Source: an uncultured Methylomirabilota bacterium (GTDB lineage Bacteria > Methylomirabilota > Methylomirabilia > Methylomirabilales > 2-02-FULL-66-22). Taken from it: DNA of 64,000 nt. The position numbers and the translations under genes were made by a program. Of the stretch, positions 19,273 through 28,045 are shown piece by piece (position 1 is the first letter of the stretch; each line of letters opens with the position of its first letter). The stretch is taken from NCBI GenBank assembly GCA_963845565.1, contig CAWJSJ010000002.1, positions 1,888,001 to 1,952,000 of the forward strand, written 5' to 3'. The notes beneath the pieces are model-generated. The model made no database searches, had not been told where the DNA came from, and saw only the letters and a program-made list of their open reading frames with translations.

Positions 19273-20346
19273 ATGCGACTCGTTCGAGTAGTGCGAGGCC
19301 TCTGTGTCACGGGCGTAATGGTAACGCTCTGGGGCTGCAACCAACCCCTGATACCGTTTTCGCTCGATACCCCACCGGTGGTCTTAACGCCGATCAGCTT
19401 CGCCAATATCACAGACGGACGTGCCCGATTCCGAGAGATCTACTGCGCGATCCGCGCGGACCACGGGATAGGGCTGCCAGAGGACCTCCCCTGTGACGAC
19501 GCCCTTGTCCGCCTACCGGGGGAGCCGCAGAGTACCGGGCGCCCGGTGAATCTACCAAGCGTCACCCGCTCCTTGCGCGTCGTCGTCGTTCCGGGCATTT
19601 TCGACGAATGCATCCGGAGGTATGTTCAGACCTTCTCCGATGGGCTAGCGCACCTGGAACGTCATGGCTGGCGCACCGGGTCCATACCGGTCAGCGGACG
19701 ATCCGGCACGGCCCACAACGCATCCCAGATCCGCGATTTCGTGTTGGGCTTGTCTTTAGCCGCGGAAGAACGCGTGCTCTTGGTGGCGTACTCCAAGGGC
19801 GCCGCAGATACCCTGGAGGCTCTGGGCCGGTATCCGGAGATGCTCCCACGCGTTGCGGCCATGGTTTCCGTCGCCGGCGCCATCGGGGGAAGTCCTCTCG
19901 CCGACGGTTACGTGCACCTCTATGAGCATCTCATGCGCGATCTGGAGGTGACGGACTGTCCAGCCGGTGACGGTCAAGGTATGGCCAGCATCACGCGGGC
20001 CGCACGCCAGAGCAGTCTGGCCCGGCAACCCCCCCCAGCGAGCGTGAAATACTTCTCGGTCGCAGGAATTCCAGGTCCGCAACGAATCTCGCGGGCGCTG
20101 CGCCCTTTTTACGAGCAGCTCGCACACGTGGACCCTCGGAGTGACGGCCAAGTGATATTCTTCGACGCGATCATCCCGGCGGGCACCCTGTTGGGGTTTC
20201 TGCGGGCAGATCACTGGGCGCTTGCCGTTCCGTTCTCGCGCAACGCGGGAGCATTGCCCTTCAGCGCCACCCTGATCGATCACAACGCATTCCCGCGCGA
20301 GGTCCTCCTGGAAACAATCGTCCGCTTTGTCGAGGAAGGATTCTGA
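19273..20346 (+). CDS. Alpha/beta-hydrolase (lipase-like) lipoprotein
   Basis: Lipobox LWGC; VVPG, AYSKG nucleophile elbow, GSPLAD, SDG, DHW. Confidence 0.75.
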   Translation: MRLVRVVRGLCVTGVMVTLWGCNQPLIPFSLDTPPVVLTPISFANITDGRARFREIYCAIRADHGIGLPEDLPCDDALVRLPGEPQSTGRPVNLPSVTRSLRVVVVPGIFDECIRRYVQTFSDGLAHLERHGWRTGSIPVSGRSGTAHNASQIRDFVLGLSLAAEERVLLVAYSKGAADTLEALGRYPEMLPRVAAMVSVAGAIGGSPLADGYVHLYEHLMRDLEVTDCPAGDGQGMASITRAARQSSLARQPPPASVKYFSVAGIPGPQRISRALRPFYEQLAHVDPRSDGQVIFFDAIIPAGTLLGFLRADHWALAVPFSRNAGALPFSATLIDHNAFPREVLLETIVRFVEEGF

Positions 20347-20667
20347 GACGAGACGTTTTCTGCGTCTTTGCTCGGAGGCGAGCAACGAATCCCGCGAGGC
20401 AATTCCCAACCGTTCGATCTCTTCGGCTGGTGTCGATGACGTAACGCGCGACGGCCAGAATTGAATCTAATCAGTTGCCTGTGTTCAGCCAAGAGGTGTT
20501 GGAGGAGAGCCGCTGGTCTTGTATTGCCCGCGTTCACAGGTATGCTTTCTTATGGCGCTATTCTGCACGAAGTGGTAGATTCCTCCGATTCTTGGGCATG
20601 TACGACAAACGTCCCTTTCGGGCGGTGAGAGTGTTTTGTCGATTGGCCGGTATCCAGGGGGCGGGGA

Positions 20668-21132
20668 ATGCGGATCGGCCCGAACACGACGGTGACGATG
20701 GATTATGCCCTGCGGCTGGACTCCGGAGAGGTCGTGGACTCGTCCGAGGGCAAAGAGCCGCTGACCTTTGAGTTCGGACAGGAGGAGATCATTCCAGGCC
20801 TGGAGCGTGAGTTGGTGGGCATGCAGCGGGGCGACGCCAAAGAGATCCGCGTGGCGGCAGAGGACGCCTATGGCGCCCGCCGACCCGAAGCCGTCCAGGA
20901 GGTTCCGCTGGACCGCTTTCCCGAGGGTGTTACTCCGACGGTCGGGCTGCAGTTGGGTCTCCGAAATCCGCAGGGGGAAGAAATCCCCTTCATCGTCACC
21001 GGTGTATCCGACAGCCATGCCACGCTGGATTTCAATCATCCCCTGGCCGGGGAAGCACTTACCTTCGCGGTGACCGTGGTGGAGGTCCAGGCGAGCGGGG
21101 GCAGCCGGATCATCCTGCCCGGAGGGGCGTGA
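20668..21132 (+). CDS. slyD: FKBP-type peptidyl-prolyl isomerase (SlyD-like, no His-rich tail)
   Basis: VVDSS, IIPGLE, AYG, LDFNHPLAG. Confidence 0.9.
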   Translation: MRIGPNTTVTMDYALRLDSGEVVDSSEGKEPLTFEFGQEEIIPGLERELVGMQRGDAKEIRVAAEDAYGARRPEAVQEVPLDRFPEGVTPTVGLQLGLRNPQGEEIPFIVTGVSDSHATLDFNHPLAGEALTFAVTVVEVQASGGSRIILPGGA

Positions 21133-21395
21133 TGCCAAAGCTGTCCGATAACAATCCTACCTCGGGCACTGCAGCGCCGGACCTCGACGAGATGCCTGGC
21201 CTTTGCCGCGTCTGCGGCAGGACGGTTCCGCGCCCCAGCGACCCGACGAGTTGTACGACGAGCCTCTGCAGCGAGGAATGCCTGGCCCGGGCGATCGTCG
21301 CGTACTGGGCCGCACTGGGCTCGCAGGCGCGCGTGAGCCTCCAGGACGGTTTCGCTCGCCTGGAAAGCCTGCCAGGGGTCCTTCCCAGCGCTTGA
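21132..21395 (+). CDS. Small Cys-rich (Zn-finger-like) hypothetical protein
   Basis: CRVC..CSEEC; overlaps the slyD stop. Confidence 0.45.
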   Translation: MPKLSDNNPTSGTAAPDLDEMPGLCRVCGRTVPRPSDPTSCTTSLCSEECLARAIVAYWAALGSQARVSLQDGFARLESLPGVLPSA

Positions 21396-21541
21396 CAATC
21401 GGGGTCGCCCCCATCGTGCGCCGCCGCCGAGTCCTCCGATCCTTGCTGACGCCACGCCAGACACCAACAAACCGTAAGCCTTGGAGACGGACTCTCGGCA
21501 CTGAGCACCCCATCTGGACGTGATCGTGAGGAGGTTGCCGA

Positions 21542-22162
21542 GTGTTTGAGATTCAGAATTACGGCAGTTTCGTGTGCGCGATCCTGCTGTTTCAGGTGAT
21601 TCCTGGGCCGGGCACGCTCGCCATCCTCACCGCCACCGCGCGCAGCGGTATCGGGGCGGGGTGCGGTGCCGTGATGGGGACCCTCGTCGGCGACTTCGTA
21701 TACATGGTTGCCGCCGTTGTCGGCTTGGCCGCGGTCATGAACGCGAACCCGGTGTTCTTCCGCGCCCTGCAGTGGTTCGGCGTCGCGTACCTCTGCTGGA
21801 TCGGGGTGCAATTGCTTCGCGCCCGGCTCACCGGTGTCGGTACGGCGGCGGACTCGCGGAAGAGCGGCTGGATGTATTTCCGGCAGGCGTTCGCGGTGAG
21901 TCTCACGAACCCGAAGGTGATTCTGTTCTTCGTGGCGTTCTTTCCGCTCTTTCTGCGGGTGGATGCAACGCCCATCACGCTCGGCGCCATGATGGCTCAC
22001 GTCACCGTCATCAGTTTCTTGTATCAGTTAGGTTTGGTCCTGATCGGCAACGCGGCGGCGCGCGCGCTGTCGTCGCTGCCGGTCGCCCGCACGGCGGCGA
22101 CCCGCCTCGCGGGTCTGGCGCTCATCGGTTTCGGGGTCAAATTGGCGCTGAGCACTCGATAG
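21542..22162 (+). CDS. LysE/RhtB family exporter
   Basis: IPGPG, LTNPKVILFF. Confidence 0.9.
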   Translation: MFEIQNYGSFVCAILLFQVIPGPGTLAILTATARSGIGAGCGAVMGTLVGDFVYMVAAVVGLAAVMNANPVFFRALQWFGVAYLCWIGVQLLRARLTGVGTAADSRKSGWMYFRQAFAVSLTNPKVILFFVAFFPLFLRVDATPITLGAMMAHVTVISFLYQLGLVLIGNAAARALSSLPVARTAATRLAGLALIGFGVKLALSTR

Positions 22163-22164
22163 CC

Positions 22165-22866
22165 ATGACGCTGATACGTCTTTTCATCGGCTGCACGCTC
22201 GGGTTCTTCGCCTCCGTCGGTGGGATCGCGGTAGCGACCGCACAGGTCCCGCCGTCCTCGGCCGAGACGGCCGATTACACCGGACTCTTGGCCGCAGCAG
22301 CGCGAGGCGACGCGGCGGGAATCCGCGCCCTAATCGCCAAAGGCGAGACGCCTGATGTCGCGGACGGCCGCGGCCGCACGCCGCTGCACGTCGCGGCGTA
22401 TGGTCATCACCACGACGCGATGCGCGCCCTGGTCGCGGCCGGGGCGAACCCGAATACCCTGGAAAACGACCGGTACGATATCGTCACCATCGCGGCGGTT
22501 GCCAACGACGTCCCGACGCTCACGCTGGCGCTCGCGCTGGGCGCGAGCGCCAAAAACGTCACCAGCCGCTACGACGGCACCGCACTGATCGCCGCCGCCC
22601 ATCTGGGCCACGCCGAGGTCGTCCGAACGCTCATCCGGGCGGGGGCACCGCTGGATCACGTGAACAACCTCGGCTGGACGGCGCTCATCGAATCCATCGT
22701 GCTCGGCGATGGCGGGCTGCGCCACACCGAGACGCTGAGGGCGCTGGTGGAGGCAGGCGCGAACCCGAATCTGGCAGATCGCACCGGGCAGACGCCGCTC
22801 TCGCTCGCGCGTGCGCGCGGGTATGAGCCGATGGTCCGGCTGCTTCTGCAGGCGGGGGCCCGGTGA
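22165..22866 (+). CDS. Secreted ankyrin-repeat protein
   Basis: Signal peptide; GRTPLHVAA, GTALIAAAHLGH, GWTALIE, GQTPL. Confidence 0.88.
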   Translation: MTLIRLFIGCTLGFFASVGGIAVATAQVPPSSAETADYTGLLAAAARGDAAGIRALIAKGETPDVADGRGRTPLHVAAYGHHHDAMRALVAAGANPNTLENDRYDIVTIAAVANDVPTLTLALALGASAKNVTSRYDGTALIAAAHLGHAEVVRTLIRAGAPLDHVNNLGWTALIESIVLGDGGLRHTETLRALVEAGANPNLADRTGQTPLSLARARGYEPMVRLLLQAGAR

Positions 22867-22886
22867 CCGGATGATCGGGGACTTCG

Positions 22887-22990
22887 TTAGGAGCCGTTAC
22901 GAAATAACCTAGACATCTCTTTCTATTTCGTTACGGCTCCTTATGCCGTTTCGGAATGTCTCCGCTCAACTAATTCTTTGACAACGGCTT
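22887..22990 (+). repeat. MITE-like repeat family B, copy 1
   Basis: TTA-GGAGCCGTTACGAAAT..ATTTCGTTACGGCTCC-TTA-TGCCGTT..TCTTTGACAACGGC. Confidence 0.85.
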
Positions 22991-23050
22991 GCTCGAGGGG
23001 CAGGCGGCCGTTTCCGGAACTTCTCCGGTCACGTTATTGTTTGCAACGGC

Positions 23051-24052
23051 TCACCGGATGCGCGCCTTCATCCAGTCGTTGGTGCTGTGGAAGTCGGCGA
23101 TGGCGTTGCCGGGGTGGACCAGGGCGTCGAAGAGCGGGCGGTCGGTCTCGGCGAGCCGTCGCTCCATAACCGGGAGCGCCTCCTCCAAATGTGCGAGGGT
23201 CCGAGGACCGACGATCGGGGAGGTCACGGCCGGCTGGTCCTTGACCCAGAGGAGGGCCAACTGCGCGGCGGTCATGCCGCGCTCGCGGGCCATCGCGGCG
23301 ACGTGCCCTGCCACCTCGGCGGCGGACCGATTCAGGCGGTGCGTGAACTTGTCCCCCCAGCGAGCGGCGCGGGAGTCCTGCGGGAGGTCGTTCCCGGCAT
23401 GGTAGCGTCCGGCCAGAATCCCACCCGCGATAGGCGACCACGGGAGGATCGCCAGCCCGTACTTCACGCACAGAGGAATCAGTTCGTTTTCGATGCGCCG
23501 ATCGAGCAGGTTGTACGGCGGTTGCTCGCTCACGTAGCGTGCCAGGCCGTGCCGGTCGCTCGCGGCCAGGGCCTCCATCACCATCCAGGCGGGATGGGTG
23601 GAGCAGCCGATGTAGAGCACCTTGCCCGAACGGACCAGATCGTCCAAGGCGCGCAGCGTCTCGTCCGGCGGGATGGCGAGCGGCGGCCGGTGAAGCTGGT
23701 ACAGATCGATATGGTCGGTTTGGAGCCGGCGCAGCGAGTCCTCGCAGGCCCGCAGGATATGATAGCGCGATCCACCCTGCTCGTTGGGACCCTCGCCCAT
23801 CTTGCCGTGCACCTTGGTCGCCAGGATCACCCGGTTTCGGCGCCCGTCCTGTTTCAGCGCTGTGCCGACGATCCGCTCGCTCTCGCCGGCGTTGTAGACG
23901 TTGGCCGTGTCGATGATGTTGACGCCGGCCTCGAGCGCTCGGCCAATGATGGCGAACGACTCCGACCTGTCGGTCGGCCCGCCGAAATTCATCGCCCCGA
24001 GGCAGAGGGGCGACACCATCACGCCCGTGCGTCCCAGCGATCGGTACTCCAT
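23051..24052 (-). CDS. Aldo/keto reductase
   Basis: LCLGAMNFG, DTANVY, ATK, DLYQLH, QPPYN. Confidence 0.92.
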   Translation of the reverse strand: MEYRSLGRTGVMVSPLCLGAMNFGGPTDRSESFAIIGRALEAGVNIIDTANVYNAGESERIVGTALKQDGRRNRVILATKVHGKMGEGPNEQGGSRYHILRACEDSLRRLQTDHIDLYQLHRPPLAIPPDETLRALDDLVRSGKVLYIGCSTHPAWMVMEALAASDRHGLARYVSEQPPYNLLDRRIENELIPLCVKYGLAILPWSPIAGGILAGRYHAGNDLPQDSRAARWGDKFTHRLNRSAAEVAGHVAAMARERGMTAAQLALLWVKDQPAVTSPIVGPRTLAHLEEALPVMERRLAETDRPLFDALVHPGNAIADFHSTNDWMKARIR

Positions 24053-24066
24053 GGTGGACTCCCTCG

Positions 24067-24209
24067 CAGGCTGCTGAAAAAGGCCCATCTGCTGCGTTGG
24101 CACGCTCGGGCGCTCGCTGCGGCGTACCTGGAGTACGCCTCGACCCACCTTCGGCGGGTGCCCCGCCCTTTGCGTTCCGCCTTGCATCTGGACCGTTTTG
24201 AGCAGCCTG
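24067..24209. repeat. MITE-like repeat family A, copy 2
   Basis: CAGGCTGCTGAAAAAGGCCCA..TTTTGAGCAGCCTG; a degenerate third end ATTTTTCCGCTTCCTGTTAG runs to 24240. Confidence 0.85.
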
Positions 24210-24236
24210 GGCAAACGCGGATTTTTCCGCTTCCTG

Positions 24237-25004
24237 TTAGCGCGACGAGATGCCGCCGTCGATGACCAGCTCGCTGCCGGTCATGTACCGCGCCTCGTCG
24301 GATGCGAGGTACACGATCCCATACGCGATATCCTCGGGCACGGCCAGGACGCCGAGCGGGGTCAGGTCGATGCGGTGTTGGCGCGCTTCGGGTTTCGAGT
24401 GGAGGTCCTTGGTCATCCCCGTCTCGACGAAACCGGGAAAGACGCTGTTGACCCGGATCTTCTCCTTGGCGTACTGGACCGCGGCCATCTTGGTGAGGGC
24501 CCGCGTGGCCCCCTTGCCCGCCGCGTAGGCGGTGGCCAGCACGTCCCCGATCATGGTGTAGATAGACACCACGTTGACAATGGAGCCCCCGCCCGTTCTC
24601 CGCATGAGCGGAATGGCGTGCTTCATGCCGAAGAGGGGCCCCTTGGCGTTGATGGCGAAGGAGACATCCATCGCCTCTTCGGTGGTGTGCTCCACGGGCG
24701 GCCGGATGAGGACGCCGCCCCGGCCGGCGTTGTTCACCAGGATGTCCAGGCGCCCCCAGCGGCCGTCCACGGTCTTCATCGTCTCGACCCACTGCGTCTC
24801 CTGGCTGACGTCGAGGTGCTGGTAGAGGACGTCGGCTCCGGTGTTCCGCAGCTCCGCCTCGATGGCTGTGCCGCCGGCGTCGCTGATGTCCGCGAGGACA
24901 AGCCCACGGACGCCTTCCCGCACGAACAGGCGGCAGGTCGCCTCACCGATTCCCGAGGCACCACCCGTGACGATCGCCACCTTTCCTGCCAGTCGTCCGG
25001 CCAT
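24237..25004 (-). CDS. Short-chain dehydrogenase/reductase
   Basis: TGGASGIG, NNAG, YAAGK. Confidence 0.92.
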   Translation of the reverse strand: MAGRLAGKVAIVTGGASGIGEATCRLFVREGVRGLVLADISDAGGTAIEAELRNTGADVLYQHLDVSQETQWVETMKTVDGRWGRLDILVNNAGRGGVLIRPPVEHTTEEAMDVSFAINAKGPLFGMKHAIPLMRRTGGGSIVNVVSIYTMIGDVLATAYAAGKGATRALTKMAAVQYAKEKIRVNSVFPGFVETGMTKDLHSKPEARQHRIDLTPLGVLAVPEDIAYGIVYLASDEARYMTGSELVIDGGISSR

Positions 25005-25020
25005 GCTCTTGTCTCCTTGG

Positions 25021-25145
25021 CAGGCTGCTGAAAAAGGCCCATCTGCTTCGTTGGCTCGCTTAGGCGCTCGTTGCGGCGTACCTGAAGTACGCCTCACTCG
25101 GCCTTGTGTTTGCCGCCTTGCATCTGGGCCCTTTTGAGCAGCCTG
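25021..25145. repeat. MITE-like repeat family A, copy 3
   Basis: CAGGCTGCTGAAAAAGGCCCA..TGGGCCCTTTTGAGCAGCCTG. Confidence 0.85.
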
Positions 25146-25221
25146 CGCGAAAATGGGTTCGTCAGTATCTCCTCCGGGCACTGTCCGTCGGTTCGCACAC
25201 CGTTCGGTGAATCGAGCTTTT

Positions 25222-25254
25222 CAATCGGCAATCGACAGTCTGCAATCAGCAATG
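25222..25254. repeat. Degenerate heptamer tandem repeat
   Basis: CAATCGG CAATCGA CAGTCTG CAATCAG CAATG. Confidence 0.6.
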
Positions 25255-25257
25255 CTC

Positions 25258-27723
25258 TCAGACCCCCTCACGTGCGGCCCGCAGTCGCGCCGCGGGCGAG
25301 CAGTCGGTCGTCGGCCGATACCCGGGGAGGGGCCGGAGCTGGGTGTGGACGGCATCCAAGAGCCAGCTCGGCTGCGGGAAGAAGAGGTCTTCCTGCTCGG
25401 CTGCCGGCGTGATCCAGTTCTGCGCGCCCACCACGACCACCGGGGCGTCCAGATCGTGGAACGCCAGCTCCTGGATGGTGGTCGCCAGGGTGTGGAGATA
25501 GCTTCCTCGCGTGCAGGCGTCGGAAGCGAGCAGGATCCGGCCGGTTTTCTTGACGGACTCCAGCACGGGGGCGTAGTCGAACGGCACCAGACTCCGGGCA
25601 TCGAGGAGTTCGGCCGACAGGCCAAACTCCTTCTGGAGTCGGTCGGCGGCCTCGACGGCCCGGTACAGCGTCGAGCCGACGGTGAGGATGGTGAGGTCGG
25701 TGCCGGGGCGCTTGACATCCGGCACGCCGAGGGGAACGGTGTACGGGTCGGCCGGCACCTCCGGCTGGAACCATTCAGTGATGCCGTAGAGCCGCTGGCT
25801 CTCGAAGAAGACCACCGGGTCGGTCCCCGCCAATGCGGCAGTCATGAGGCCTTTGGCATCGTAGGGGGTGGCCGGGAACACCACCTGGAGGCCGGGAATG
25901 TGGGCTGTCATGGCGCTCCAGTCTTGCGAATGCTGGGCGCCGTACTTGCTGCCGACGCTGACGCGGAGTACCACGGGCATCCGGAGGACCCCCGCGGACA
26001 TGGCTTGCCACTTGGAGAGTTGATTGAAGATCTCGTCGCCCGCCCGCCCCAGGAAGTCGCAGTACATCAATTCGACCAGGGGCCGTCCCCCTTCCATGGC
26101 GCAACCGACGGCCGTGCCGACGATCGCGCCTTCGGAAATGGGCGCGTTGAAGAGCCGGTGATACGGAAGGCTCTCGGTCAAGCCGCGGTACACGGCAAAG
26201 GCGCCGTCCCAGTCCCGGTTTTCCTCGCCGTAGATGACCAGTCGGGGGTCATGGTAGGCGCGGTGGATGACGGCCTCGAAGATGGCGTCGCGGAACGAGA
26301 CGGCCTTGGATTCGGAGAGGCGTTCGCCGGTGGTGGGGTCGAGGCCGGAGCGACGCTTCTTGGCGATCTGCTGGACCCGGCTGTTCTCGGCCTGCGGCTT
26401 CCGCACCGCGTCCGGGGGGAGCGCCGGCAGAGGTTCGGTCGACGCCTGGGGGAACGTCACCTCGGCGATGGCCGGTCCCGTCAGGCGCGGGGAGATCGTG
26501 AGGTTGCTCGCCAACCGGCACGCCATGCGGATCTGCTCGCCGGCGGAAGCCACGATCGCGTCCAGTGCCGTCTCGGGGGCCGCCTGAGCCGCCAGGATCT
26601 GCCGCTTGAACTCCTGAATGGCGTCCACGGCCTTCCAGGCGTCGAGCTCTTCCCGGGTTCGGTACGAGCTGGCATCACTGGGAGAGTGGCCGCTCTGTCG
26701 GTAGGTGATGATGTCCAGCAGAACCGGGCCTTCGCCCTTGGCCAGGACCTCTTTCTTCCGGCGGATGGCGTCGATCACCGCCAGCGGGTTGTTCCCGTCC
26801 ACCGTCTCAGCGTGGAAGTTCCATCGGTTCAGGCCGGCGGCGATGGTGGAGAGGCGCTCGAACCCCATCGTCTCGCCTCGGGTCTGGCCGCCCATCCCGT
26901 AGAAGTTGTTCATGAAGGCGAAGATGATGGGCAGGCCGCCCCGGTAGGCCGGCTCCCACAAGGTCCAGTACTGCCCCATGGTCGCGAAGTGCATCCCTTC
27001 CCAGACCGGGCCGCAGCCGGCCGATGCGTCTCCGATGTTGGCAATCGTGATCCCGGGCTGCCGCTGCGTCTTCTTCGCCAGCGCCGAGCCCACCGCGATG
27101 TCTCCGCTGCCGCCCACGATGGCGTTGTTGGGATAGATCCCGAAGGGAGGGAAGAAGGCGTGCATGGAGCCGCCCAGGCCCCGGTTGAAGCCGGTGGCGC
27201 GAGCGAAGATCTCCGCCAGCAGGCCGTAGAGCAAATAGTGGATCGCCCGCTCCTTCCCGTCGCGTGCGGGCTCCTTTTCCACCACCCGGAGCGTGTCTCC
27301 GCCGAGATAGGACTCCATGATCCGCTGGAGATCCGTCTCGTTCAGTTGGTGGATGGCCGCCAGGCCCTTGGCCAGGATCTCGCCGTGACTCCGGTGGCTA
27401 CCGAAGATGTGATCGTCCACCGTCAGGAGGAATGCCTCGCCCACGGCGGCGGCTTCCTGCCCGATCGAAAGGTGGGCGGGGCCCTGGTGGACGTACGCGA
27501 CGTCGCGGTACTTTCCCTGCCGCTTGATCTCGTCCAGCATGGTCTCGAACTCGCGGATGAGGACCATGTCGCGATAGAGCCGGAGGGCGTCCGCCGGGGT
27601 GAGTACGCCCGTCGCCAGTTCGTCGGCGAGGGTGCGGCGGTAGTGGTTGACCGGGATGGTGCCGAGGGTGAGGGTGTCCGTCTGTCGGACCTCGGCGGGG
27701 GAGATGATCAGTTGCTTGACCAT
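25258..27723 (-). CDS. Fused E1 alpha/beta TPP-dependent 2-oxoacid/acetoin dehydrogenase component
   Basis: HLSIGQEA, SHRSHG, GGSMH, GDA..NN, YRQSGHS (alpha); PISE, ELMYCDF, AQHSQ (beta). Confidence 0.88.
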   Translation of the reverse strand: MVKQLIISPAEVRQTDTLTLGTIPVNHYRRTLADELATGVLTPADALRLYRDMVLIREFETMLDEIKRQGKYRDVAYVHQGPAHLSIGQEAAAVGEAFLLTVDDHIFGSHRSHGEILAKGLAAIHQLNETDLQRIMESYLGGDTLRVVEKEPARDGKERAIHYLLYGLLAEIFARATGFNRGLGGSMHAFFPPFGIYPNNAIVGGSGDIAVGSALAKKTQRQPGITIANIGDASAGCGPVWEGMHFATMGQYWTLWEPAYRGGLPIIFAFMNNFYGMGGQTRGETMGFERLSTIAAGLNRWNFHAETVDGNNPLAVIDAIRRKKEVLAKGEGPVLLDIITYRQSGHSPSDASSYRTREELDAWKAVDAIQEFKRQILAAQAAPETALDAIVASAGEQIRMACRLASNLTISPRLTGPAIAEVTFPQASTEPLPALPPDAVRKPQAENSRVQQIAKKRRSGLDPTTGERLSESKAVSFRDAIFEAVIHRAYHDPRLVIYGEENRDWDGAFAVYRGLTESLPYHRLFNAPISEGAIVGTAVGCAMEGGRPLVELMYCDFLGRAGDEIFNQLSKWQAMSAGVLRMPVVLRVSVGSKYGAQHSQDWSAMTAHIPGLQVVFPATPYDAKGLMTAALAGTDPVVFFESQRLYGITEWFQPEVPADPYTVPLGVPDVKRPGTDLTILTVGSTLYRAVEAADRLQKEFGLSAELLDARSLVPFDYAPVLESVKKTGRILLASDACTRGSYLHTLATTIQELAFHDLDAPVVVVGAQNWITPAAEQEDLFFPQPSWLLDAVHTQLRPLPGYRPTTDCSPAARLRAAREGV

Positions 27724-27944
27724 GGCGTTTGCGCTCCGTTCGGTTTGGGGGGTTCCATAATCGAAGACTGCCGCGCGGCAATCGAAGGGGCCCCCGATGC
27801 GGCCCCTCTGCGCAGAATAATCGCACAGATGACGACAGTGGATCAAGAATTTCAGGGCGAAGGTCAACTCGACCGGACAGGCAGAGATCTCTTGCAGCCA
27901 TCGTCCGTGGCGGTGCTTCTGCCTCGTGGGGTCGCCCCGCTTAC

Positions 27945-28045
27945 GCCGTTGTCAAAGAATAACTTGACCGGAGACATTCTGGAAACGGCATAAGGAGCCG
28001 TAACGAAATTACAAAATGGCCAAGTAATTTCGTAACGGCTCCTAA
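27945..28045 (-). repeat. MITE-like repeat family B, copy 2
   Basis: Reverse complement of the 22887 element; overlaps the glgA stop codon. Confidence 0.85.

Noticed and set aside
21574..22866. 430-aa ankyrin ORF as listed
   Set aside because: Its first half overlaps the LysE gene out of frame; the signal-peptide start is at 22165
24053..25181. Long N-terminal extensions of the AKR and SDR ORFs in the track
   Set aside because: They read through family A repeats; RBS-backed starts lie at 24052 and 25004
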